From NCBI GenBank assembly GCA_032718475.1, contig JAUCBJ010008839.1, positions 1-64,000 on the forward strand: a stretch of DNA of 64,000 nt, given 5' to 3'. The translations under genes were made by a program, and so were the position numbers. The notes under the pieces were generated by a model. That model searched no databases and had not been told where the DNA came from. It worked only from the letters and a program-made list of their open reading frames with translations. The DNA comes from Nemertoderma westbladi. Lineage: Eukaryota; Animalia; Xenacoelomorpha. Below are positions 54,101 through 64,000 of this stretch, in pieces (position 1 is the first letter of the stretch; the number at the start of each line of letters is the position of its first letter).

Positions 54101-54314
54101 GACACAGCTCTATTGTGGACGTAGAATATTGCACTGCCATAGAGACAGCTCAATTGTGGACGTAGAATATTGCACTGCCATAGACACGGCTCTATTGTGG
54201 ATGTAGAATATTGCACTGCCATAGACACGACTCTATTGTGGACGTAGAATATTGCACTGCCATAGACGCAGCTCTATATTGTGGTTGTGGACATGGAAGA
54301 TAGCATGTCCACAA
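48150..54314. repeat. 41-bp satellite (~150 units)
   Basis: ctctattgtggacgtagaatattgcactgccatagacacag; a block of shared variants recurs at a 1913-bp offset (50118 vs 52031). Confidence 0.98.
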
Positions 54315-54470
54315 TCTAATCGGTTAATATCCGTATGCATTATTTAAGCGGGACGAATTTAAAAACTATATTTAATAAGTTTATTGAGTAACTTCCAAGT
54401 GTACGATTTATATCAAATCTTCCCCTCATTCAAATACGTGCAGTGCATAAAATTAACTCAAAGACTCAGA

Positions 54471-54795
54471 CAGGGTTGCCACTCTAGTTCAGTTTCAATT
54501 TTCCCTGACTTTATGAAAAAATTCCATGACTGCAGGTACACAGCATTTTTATAGAATACAGTATACTTATATATTATTGGCCGCTTTATTATATTCCAAA
54601 CAATGTTACGAGTTAAGCAATTAGAGTGCACCTATATTTAGTGATGCGAGGAAATCAAAAGGCGAGCGAAGCGAGCAGAAAAATTGTACCCATTTTCGCT
54701 TATGAAACATGTTCTGTATATCACATTCCCTGACATTTCAAGAAAAAATGAAATTCCCTGACTATTCCAGGTATTCCAAGTGAGTGGCAACCCTG
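54471..54795. mobile_element. hAT-like MITE with 5-bp TSD (TCAGA)
   Basis: 14-bp TIR cagggttgccactc / gagtggcaaccctg; tcaga on both flanks. Confidence 0.85.
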
Positions 54796-55149
54796 TCAGA
54801 TTGTTGAGTGGAGTATAAAAGTTGATGGAGCTGAAGTAGCAAAAGTTTAACGGAGAAAATAAAATTTCTGACCAGTAAGAAGTCGGATGGTCAAACTATC
54901 TCTGTTTCTAAATTCCATGCAATATCAGTACGATATGTAGAAATAATATTCCACGACAACATGGTGTATATCGGATACATACAGTATTTATAAAAAACAA
55001 TTATTAACAATTTATTTAGTGATTCTAATTTTATAAAAATATATCATAACAATTTATTATTTATCTATAGTTACTAATATTAGTATAATTATATCTCATT
55101 TCTCATGAACTTAAATGTTTAACAACATAAAGTAAACTTCAGTTGGTTC

Positions 55150-55439
55150 CAGGGTTCCGGAGTTCTGACACTAAAGAACCGACTATCTCGTCAAAAAATA
55201 AATTATACTTCGAATACAACTCTGACTAGGACCAAAAAATATAAAACAATTGAAAAAATAGACTCATGGTAATAACGTGGGCTAAACAATCATTCTCAAA
55301 AATTACTTTCATTTTTTAATAAACAAACCATTATTTTGTTCTAAATAATGCTGAATTTTTGAGTCGTTGTCCTGTGCATAAATTTTTAAGGACTCCAGCT
55401 AAAAACATGGACTAGAGGGGACTCAAATCCGGAACCCTG
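55150..55439. mobile_element. hAT-like MITE just downstream of the NELF-B stop
   Basis: 12-bp TIR cagggttccgga / tccggaaccctg; no clear TSD. Confidence 0.55.
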
Positions 55440-55457
55440 ATAATTACAAACAATAAA

Positions 55458-56120
55458 CTAATCGGACTCCATATTATCTGAAACATCAGTATCTTCGTCG
55501 TCTTTACTAAGAACTGATTTATCCAGTTTATCTCTCAACGTAGTGTACGCTTTATGCACCGGCACGGAATGCTCCTCGCCAGGACGAACAACTTCCAGGA
55601 TCGTAACGAGAATATCTACTGGCATCTTATAGGCCACGAAGTACAGCAAGCGAACCACGTGTTTGATAACGTTCTCCTGGGAAGACGAACTTCGTAGCAG
55701 AAACTCGTCGAACACACCTTGACAGAACGCGGGTCTGGCGAACTCGTCCGGTATCGAGCACAAAGAGGAAACGAGTCCGTTTATCAGACTATCGTTCTGC
55801 CAGATATCCAGTTCGCAGTCGGCTAGTAACGGCAACAAACGCGGGATGTTGTGTCTCCCGTAGTTTCCGTTACAGACTTTATCTACGTATTGGAGGGTTA
55901 TTAGCACGGCTAGTTTGTTGCATTTAATCCCGGCGACCACGGTCTTTGGGAGGGGCTCGGGTGTGGGCAGGGAGCCCGGCTCATCCTCGGGGTGGTCCCG
56001 AGCTAACTCCTCGATTATACGGGAGTCCGACAGTCGGATCTGGTCGTCCACCATCACGGACTGGATGGACGGGACGAGTTTACTGATGGTGTCGGAGGAT
56101 AGACGCGGCTCCTTAAACAC
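55458..56120 (-). CDS. NELFB: Negative elongation factor B (COBRA1), exon 2
   Basis: Acceptor ttattacccag| then VFKEPRL...SVMVDDQI...VFDEFLL...QENVIKHVVRLL; stop at 55458. Confidence 0.93.
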   Translation of the reverse strand: MFKEPRLSSDTISKLVPSIQSVMVDDQIRLSDSRIIEELARDHPEDEPGSLPTPEPLPKTVVAGIKCNKLAVLITLQYVDKVCNGNYGRHNIPRLLPLLADCELDIWQNDSLINGLVSSLCSIPDEFARPAFCQGVFDEFLLRSSSSQENVIKHVVRLLYFVAYKMPVDILVTILEVVRPGEEHSVPVHKAYTTLRDKLDKSVLSKDDEDTDVSDNMESD

Positions 56121-56772
56121 CTGGGTAATAAAGATAATAAAGTAAAACTAATTTAAACTAAAACATGTAAATAAAATTTATCGAAACTTAAAGCCTCGGT
56201 TATATTATTATTAGGAACTTGTGTGCGCATCGATTATACCATACTTCCGGGATCCGTAGTAGACTTCCGGGATGCGTCATGGACCAATTTCTAGCAACTT
56301 CCGGGTCAAACCCGCTAATTCTGGTTACCAGTAATCTACTTAACATAGCGAAGTGAAAAAAAAACAAATTATTATAAAATAAAACAACTCGAAAAAGTTT
56401 AAAGTAAAAGACAGACAACAGAACCGTTAAAAAAATATAATTAAATTGAGATAAGTTGTTGAGTTAGACAATATATAATAATAGATACCTAGGAACCTGA
56501 GCTGAAGATTAATAATAATTAATTAATCAATGATGGGGAACTGGACGAGAGTAACATCTCGTCTTAGTGTTAAATAATCAATTAAGGGAAAGAAGCGGGT
56601 TACAGTGGCAAGTTATTCTAACCAAAACAATAAACAAATATCAATAGAACAGGTTACAGTTACAGTATATTTTTAAGAGTTTTCAATTTTCCCCTTGAGA
56701 ATATCTGCTTAAATCACACCATACATCTAAAATAAAACAATACCGCGGTATGTAAATATCACACGACAATAC

Positions 56773-57846
56773 CTGGGAATCTATAATATCCCACGCCGAT
56801 AAGGCGAGGTTAGCTAATCGGAGTAGCAAAGCGATCTCTCGGTTATCGCGGGGTAATCCTTCACTAACAACCACCACCTGCTCCAACAGGTTAACTATAC
56901 TACGAGATATCGTGTATATCGCGAAGGGGTCGCACAATATCATCGCGATATCCCCGAGTACCTCCTGCCCTTTACGCAACCCGTCGAGGTACTTCTCCAA
57001 CTGAATCCCCCGTTTAGTGTCTATCATTCGCTCCCGGATACACGCATCCAGACACCACGCGAACTTATGACACAAATCCACCTCGCAAATCGCGTTGTTA
57101 TTCGCATCGTGCAGCGCCATTAACAACTCCGCTCGCAATGTGCAATAATGGACATTGCGTGTTCGCAGGAACAATGTGCGAAGAAACTGCAACGTAACAT
57201 CGTACAGTTTAACCTGCTGGCCTATCATTTCTAATTGTTTAGCTATTAGTTCGCTTTGCCTGCGAGTTTTAGGGGAAACAGAATATAAGGAATTCTTCGT
57301 GGATAAACTGAACATGGATTCCTCTTTGTGCGAAACATATTCCGTTAGTAAAGGGGATAATTCGTCGCCGAATAAACTCTGATTCTGTCGCCAAATATGT
57401 CGTTTAACTTCGATGGGACAATCTCGATACAATTCTTTATCGGTAACAAGTTTTTTTATTGTTCCGGGAGGGATTGTATCCACACGTTGTAGTAAATGCA
57501 TTACTATCGGTCGCAGCACAGGCACTTTTATTACTGGGTAGGACTTCGCTAAGAGTTCTAGCAACTGTTTCTGCCCGGATTTCTGGTCCGGTGGTTCCGT
57601 TTTAGAGGCCAAGGCGTCGATTCGCTCCATCAGACGGGTTCGCAACTCGAGGAATACCGACTGGTGGAACTGCAGCCGTCGGACGTTGTGCAGGTCGAGT
57701 AGCGGCAAGGCCGGTTGCAACGAAGGGAGGAGAATTCCGTTCTCCGTTTGGAACTCCTCGATCGCTCGCAGGGGGTCGCTGCAGTTAGTCAACGTGTCCC
57801 TGAGATACTCGCTGCCTGGGATACCGATCTCTTCGAGTCCCGACAT
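56773..57846 (-). CDS. NELFB: Negative elongation factor B (COBRA1), exon 1
   Basis: LRDTLTNCSDPLRAIEEFQTENGILLPSLQPALPLLDLH, LQFLRTLFLRTRNVHYCTLRAELLMALHD, HKFAWCLDACIRE; donor CAG|GTATT after IIDSQ; spliced length 578 aa. Confidence 0.95.
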
Positions 57847-59845
57847 TGTACTTGTAGGCCTAACAACGGTTGCGTTTTGCGTACGGTCGGCACGGTAGCA
57901 GGAAAACAGGCAGTAAAATGAAAAGCTACAAAGGTGACCAAGTGCAAGTACTACTGCTGGCAGCCCAGCAGCATACTAGTCAGCTAGTAGGAGTAGCTGA
58001 GTAGGCCTACCGTAGAACCGTGCCGTTCGTTATCGGTCACTGGTAGCCGGTAGCGTAAACTAAAAAATGGAGGGAATGATTAAAATATTAATAAAAAAAA
58101 TAAATAAAAAAATATATAATAAAAATTAAAAATAAAACGATGGAATGCAGTTTCGTGTACCAGTAAATTTTTGCATAGGCAACCAATGACTGAATGATGA
58201 ATCGAACTAGAGCCTTTCTGCCTTTAGAGTTAAATTCAAATATGCTCAATCCAGCAATCCAACAAAAGTTATTGGGAAGTTTGGTTTGGTGTGTTAGAGG
58301 TGTAAAGGCATGACTCATGGTACAGCAGCAGCTTGGAGTCAGGCAGTACTGGTGCAGGCTGCAGGGCGGCCCTTTCATCAGTTCATTGCAAAACCCAGAA
58401 TCCCCATCACTTTTCATTTTGAGAAAAACGCAAGACTTTGAACCTTCTGCGATTGATGATCAAACTATGAAATCAACCCAAAATTTCTCAGCAATTTTTG
58501 ACGTATGGCCTTTTCACACTTTAGCTACGCCTACGATATGCAATACCGGTACCGGTTGCCGGTAAATGATTATTACTTTTACCGCATTGCGATGCTGTGC
58601 GATGTGAGTACGGTTCTCGCTACCCCGGGATCTGATATTTCTCTCAGCATTCTGCGGAGCAGGCGAAGCCTTAAATAATAATAAAAGTTAAAAACTCTTT
58701 TATTAATCTATAACATATCAAATGAAATAAAAATAAGAATATTACCCGCAGGAACACCCGTGCAATAATTAATAATCAATAATTAATAAAATGGTTGAGT
58801 CAAACAATTCAGTAACGAAGGTTGGTAATAGCGCGATACGGGTCGGCAGGGCCCGCGGTATTAGGTGGGTATGGGTCGGTACAACTCTGTATTATATATA
58901 TCGCTGATTCTCTACTCCATGCATGTCGTTATGGCCCTGTATGCATCGGTAGCTAATGCCCAGAAACCCCAGATGATACCAAAATAAACTCCATAGATCT
59001 GTATAGTGATCTTATTTGAATTTACCTCTCTTTTATGAAAGCTCTACTGTAGTCCGATTAATTCAATGTTTACCTTCGCAAAAACTCACCTACGCGAAAC
59101 TGATTCCATCGGCTACGCGTAGCCTACACCGACGCGGGAAAGTCAAACCCCAAAGACAGGTTGACAACATGTAATATGTTGCTTAATAAATGTTATAATG
59201 TGCTACATAACAACACTTGTACGGAATATAAGATTCCTTTAAAATATAAATTGTGGAAAAATTATGTAAGTCGATAAATATTTTAATTTTTATCTCACGA
59301 AAAGCGGCGTTACATTATTTATTATAGATGATTCGTAACTTGCATTACGGATGGATTTATCATGTAAATTAAATAAATAATTTTTAATAGTTTGAAAATG
59401 ACAATTCAAATGTATCAGTTCTGAGATATACTGTTGCATGTAGGCCTGAAATAACATTAAAAAAATTATATTCATTCAGCCAGATAGATCTGGTTGAATG
59501 ATAGATCATAAATCATAAATAATATAACACACTTCTTGGGGCCTTCGCCCACACGGATGGGGGTAAACGCTACACCTACTTTTAGACTGGTTAGTAAAGA
59601 AGCAGGTTACAGAGGCGGGTTGAAGGAACCAAAACAATAAATGAGATCTGGTACTATTTCAGAAAACCAAATTTAATTGAGAATAAACACCTTGAGAATC
59701 AACACTCAGATGCATAGGCCTACAGGCTTATAAATACTGTTCATAGGCGTATGTACGCGTATATAGGTGTATATGTAGGTGTAGGCATTTACCCATTACC
59801 CCCATATGTGGGTGTAGGTGTAGTAATTTACCCATTAACCCCACA

Positions 59846-60132
59846 CGTAAGTCCAGATGAGCCTTTGTGTAGAGTTACAATTATTGGACCTAGTCGTTCG
59901 CCCCCTAGCGGTCGACGGATGAACTACAGAAGTCTGTCTGTGTGTATAATTTCTAAACGTTTTATAGACTATGTAATATGTATACCAAATTGGGTTCCAT
60001 TTCATCAAAGATTCACCGACTTATTAACATTCAAATATTTTCGTTGCCAGCGACGACGACAAAAACAAACACGACGACAGGCGGGTCAACTAATTATAAT
60101 TATATCCCCACGTTAAGGCTCACCTGGACTTA
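59846..60132. mobile_element. Non-autonomous inverted-repeat element
   Basis: TIR cgtaagtccagatgagcctt / aaggctcacctggacttatg; the interior tagacta...taccaa.ttg.gttccatttcatcaa is shared with ~32910-32948. Confidence 0.65.
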
Positions 60133-60374
60133 TGTAGCTCGCCCCGCTGCACACACAGTAGCACACAACATTATTTAGGACTGAAGCACATACAGTAGGC
60201 CTAGGCATAATTATATGTAGGGCCTTGCGAATTATTTTTTCTTTTTACATTTTTGTAATTATTTTTTTGAATTTTTTTCGAAAATATTTTTTTTCTTTTT
60301 TTTCGATATTATTAATTTAATTTTTTCGAAAGTATTTTTCTTTTTTCGAAAGTATTTTTTGTTGAAAATGCCGG

Positions 60375-60625
60375 CTAACCCAACATCATGCTCTTCCAGA
60401 TCTCACGATGACCATACACTTTCCAAGATTATCCCTATTCCCAAGTCCTGTGTTCTTGAGCATTTGAGGAAAGTATTTGGCTGTCCACCGCGCCTATTCT
60501 CACCAGCAGACTGCCATAGTACAAGGTTGTGTACAGGATCATCCTGAGGCAAAAATAATTCCCAGCAATCTTAAAGCGGCGTCTCTACAGGGTGATGCTG
60601 GGTCTTAGCAATGAGTGAATGTTAT
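60375..60625 (-). mobile_element. Degenerate RTE 3' fragment
   Basis: Resembles 32200-32440 (PVHNLVLWQ, GGQP.TFL); lies between oppositely oriented ttttcgaaagtattttt arrays (60290-60360, 61475-61525). Confidence 0.5.
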
Positions 60626-60696
60626 ACACGTAATATAATATACTATACTAATAATATACTATACTATGCTATAGGCCTACCTGGTAATCACTATCA

Positions 60697-61115
60697 GGGT
60701 GACTACTGTACATAACAAAGACCAAAGACCCAAATAATGTATAAATTGAATTGAATAAATTGAATAATGAATAAATAAATGTATAATATTGTAACATGTG
60801 TTAACCTTCGTTTATTGTTTTGGTTCCCCAACACGCATCTGTAACCTGCTCCTTTACTAACCTGATCCTTTAAATGGCAATGGGACCTAACCCTCTATGG
60901 CAATGGGAACTAACGGTCTTTGGGACCTAATACGACTTTAGCTCTTTGTTTTTCGCCCCAAAGGGCGTTAGGTCCCATTGCCATTAAAAGGACCAGCTAA
61001 GTAAAGGAGCAGGTTACAGAGGCGTGTTGGGGGGAACCAAAACAATAAACGAAAGTTAACAATATTATACAGGTCTTTATTATTTGGGTCTTTGGTCTTT
61101 GCTTTATAGTCACCC
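60697..61115. mobile_element. Palindromic MITE, family A, near full length
   Basis: gggtgacta...caaagaccaaagacccaaataat / attatttgggtctttggtctttg...tagtcaccc with long arms. Confidence 0.85.
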
Positions 61116-62190
61116 CGATCAATATACCGAATGTTACATTGATACCATTCAGAGATTCAGTATCAATACAGTGCTGTCCTGGCACAAAGTTTCACATTCT
61201 ACTTCATCAGGCTTCAGGTTAAGTTCAGGTGCTTCTAGTAAATAACTCCTCGCCAATTCGAAAATTGACAGTGTGGTTTAGTGCATAGCATATTTCCCAT
61301 AATTTTGACAACTACTTGGTTCTCAATTTAAAATCTCAATTTATAAAAATATTAATTTGTAATTGGATATTCTTAAATATTGGCAAATAATGATTTTTTT
61401 TAAAACTGCCTCAATTTCGGACTGGGCCAGTTCAATACACATATAATAATAACAATAAGAATCATTATGCTTTAGAAAAAAAATACTTTCGAAAAAAAAT
61501 AAAAAAAATATTGAAAAATACTTTCAAAATGAACCATGCTATCCAACACGCTTATTCTCTCTGAGGACGCCAAAGAACTTGTTTGTGCACTGGCTGAATA
61601 TAATGGTTGCTGCTGGTCCTTAAAGTAATGTGGAGGCCGGGAACGGTTCCGCTATATGGTATAATCGTGATTACGGGTAGGTGTGAATTAATTAACTTCA
61701 CAGTGTACAACGCACGCTATTTCTTTTCGTCATGCGTCAATCTGTGTCCATTTCTGTTTACACAGATCACCTACAGTAGTTTTTAAGAATCGCCACAATC
61801 CATTCCACCCGCATGCGATATTAATATTCACACTTCAGCTAACCTTCTTAGAGGTTATTAGAGGCAGGTCGCAATCAAAAGCCGTGATTTAAACCAATTA
61901 AAGTATTGGGATTACAGGTAGATAGTTAGCATTATCTTAACCGGCCTGCAAAATGCTAATACAGTAATAAGGTTAACTGGCCAGGTTAATCTTATCTTAG
62001 GTGGTGTATATAGTTGTATCTAATCTGATGGCTTTAGTGTTTACGGTAGCGGTGCAAGTGGTATGATAAATCGGTATTGGGCTACAGTATATTTCATAAT
62101 TCCTGTAATAATTAAAGGATTATTACAGGATTAGAACGAATGATTTATTGTAGTGTAGAGGGAGTTATTGCGTATTTCTTACTTCAACTT

Positions 62191-62558
62191 TTATTATAAG
62201 AAGGGATCTAGGGGTCTTAACCTCGAATGATAAGTTTATTTTACCGAAAATAACTTATCTTTTATTGGCGCAATTGTACGACTAATCCCATCACATGCGT
62301 ACTTTTTAACCGGGTAGTGTACAAATTTAGGAATCGCGTAATTTTTTCTTGAAATTAATATCTCATATCTCTCCAAACCACGTACGCGTTTCGACCTTAC
62401 TGGGTCTCATCAGCGTGGTGTCGGATTCGAACCTGGGACCTCGAGGCGGAAGCCGAGACTACAACCACTAGGCCACCTAGGTTAAGACCCCTAGATCCCT
62501 TCTTATAATAAATGTATAATAACAAACACCTCGAAAAATACAGCTTGCCAACACATTG
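62191..62558 (-). mobile_element. Non-autonomous element: tRNA-like head plus hammerhead ribozyme within 34-bp inverted repeats
   Basis: IR 62190-62223 / 62479-62512; direct repeat ttacttcaactt at 62179 and 62559; A box TGGCCTAGTGG and B box GGTTCGAATCC on the minus strand. Confidence 0.75.
62377..62419 (-). ncRNA. Minimal type I hammerhead ribozyme
   Basis: ACCACG-CUGAUGA-GACC(CAGUAA)GGUC-GAAA-CGCG-UA-CGUGGU: intact core, 6-bp stem I, 4-bp stem II, palindromic ACGCGU stem III, GUA cleavage triplet. Confidence 0.85.
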
Positions 62559-62884
62559 TTACTTCAACTTAACTTTTCTTACTGAAACTTCACTTTACTG
62601 TAAAATTTTGTGTGGTTGAAATTTTAATGAGTAATGTTTATTTTTAACAAAAACAATCGTTTATTTCAACTGACATCCACTATAATAAAGGCTTGTATTT
62701 TATTTACATATCAATTTAATTAAAAAAAAACTTTTAATTTTTAATTACTTCTAGTACGTTTATCTAACTCTAAAAAGGACAACAATTACAGTAGCTGTTT
62801 GTTTATAATGGGTAACTTTAAAACGAAAATAAGCCTGAAAGTTGAAATTGTTTCGAAACCTTTGTCTTGGAAAGAAAGTCAGAA

Positions 62885-63416
62885 CGGAACCTTAAGATTC
62901 TATTATTTATCCGTATGGCAGCAGTAGTTCCAGTACTCCTCTATGGGAGTCCATGCTGGGCTCTAACTGCAGAGGATACCAAATCTCTGGGTGGCATTTC
63001 ACAAAAATGCTGCGCCGGGTTCATTGTGTCAAGTACAATGAACACATCTCCAATCACACTCTATACAGTACAACATTGGATGTGTTCCATTAATCTCCCC
63101 TAGCTTGACACTTGAACGACGGAACCACCTCCGCTTTGCAGGACATTGCTTTCGCCGTGAGGACCAGCCAGTGCATAATCTTGTACTTTGGCAGCCTTAT
63201 GGAGTAACAAGCATGGTGGACAGCCCATGACTTTCTTGAGACGCATCTTAAAGGACACTGGCCTTGAAGATGCGGATGATCTAGCAAATGTCATTGGTAA
63301 TAGGGAGATGTGGCGGCGCAATTTTGTCGTCAATCTGGGACAGCATTCTTAATATATATGTAATATAAATAATGCAGTTGCGATGCAGAATGCCGATCGT
63401 AGTAGTAGTAGTAGTA
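62885..63416 (+). mobile_element. RTE LINE 3' fragment, decayed copy of the 32144-32720 family
   Basis: AAVVPVLLYGSPCWALTAEDTKSL shared; frameshifted; ends gccgatc(gta)n. Confidence 0.88.
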
Positions 63417-63649
63417 ACCTCAACAAATAATTTTTTTTATTATGATTAAAGTGAAATACCAACAGTTTTTACTGGTTCGGGCAACTGCAAAGACTCTAAT
63501 TTGCTACAACAAATATACATTCTGAGTGTGTAGATGATTTTTTTTGAAATTTTGTTTAAAATTTATCTAAATTTAATCTAATAGTTATCTTTTGATCTAA
63601 TACAGATGTTATATAATTTAATAATAATAATTTTGTCACTTATTCGCAG

Positions 63650-63872
63650 GAGAATGAGTTGCATGTAGCTAATACTGTAACGGTCGATGGAGATATGATC
63701 ATGAATTCTCGTCAGTACAGGAAGTTTCGTAGCATGTTGGACAACGACGAACCAGATCAGCATTCCGATGCCCTGAGTCATACGGATAAGATGAGTAAAC
63801 GGAAGGGAACGGAAGACCTGACAACACGTTGGCCGCAAGGGAAAGTTCCGTATAGGATAAACCCAATACTAA
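63650..63872 (+). CDS. Astacin-like metalloprotease exon (propeptide switch and start of catalytic domain)
   Basis: ttattcgcag|ENELHVANTVTVDGDMIMNSRQY...SKRKGTEDLTTRWPQGKVPYRINPIL|gtaagt: DGDM (EGDI-like Asp switch), basic processing site, RWPxGxVPY. HEXXH is not in the window. Confidence 0.85.
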
Positions 63873-64000
63873 GTAAGTTGGAATGCAGCACTGGCATGTT
63901 TCCGATCCTAAAATCAGATAGGGGGACTCTGGACCCGGTCAAAATTCAACCCTCTCCAGGGGATGGTTATTGGAAGCATTTAGCGAGAACTCAAAATATT

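Noticed and set aside
48275-54228. ORFs in the 41-bp satellite
   Set aside because: The unit is not a multiple of 3 and frames are frequently stopped.
61185-61212. Second hammerhead (CUGAUGA...GAAAC on minus); also CUGACGA at 11157 and 5065
   Set aside because: No stem II pairing at 61185; no correctly placed GAAA at the other two.
62416-62480. Functional tRNA gene
   Set aside because: A and B boxes are present, but there is no convincing acceptor stem and it is embedded in a mobile-like unit.

Overview
AT-rich, repeat-dense animal genomic DNA (invertebrate-like; GT-AG introns, no prokaryotic features). Host genes: a two-exon NELF-B (minus, 578 aa) nested antisense in a ~15.9 kb intron of a secreted astacin-like metalloprotease gene (plus, 4 exons seen, runs off the window); an intronless alpha-kinase; and an intronless FKBP6/shutdown-like gene that is disrupted as assembled (clustered indels in the PPIase domain and a ~4 kb 39-bp coding minisatellite). 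Mobile DNA: the 5' half of an open-frame BEL/Pao LTR retrotransposon abutting a LINE RT, a dead CR1/Crack-like LINE, RTE 3' fragments, many MITE/foldback elements, and a Ulp1-protease relic split by a 50-bp array, a 1.2 kb (TTAG)n tract and a TTAA-bounded insertion. Tandem arrays (17, 39, 50, 41 and 4 bp units) fill about 24 kb. The most unusual element is a ~370 bp insertion at 62191-62558: a tRNA-like Pol III head fused to a minimal hammerhead ribozyme, inside perfect 34-bp inverted repeats and a 12-bp target-site-like duplication. Most ORF-track entries within the arrays are artefacts. All family assignments come from motif recognition, not database searches.
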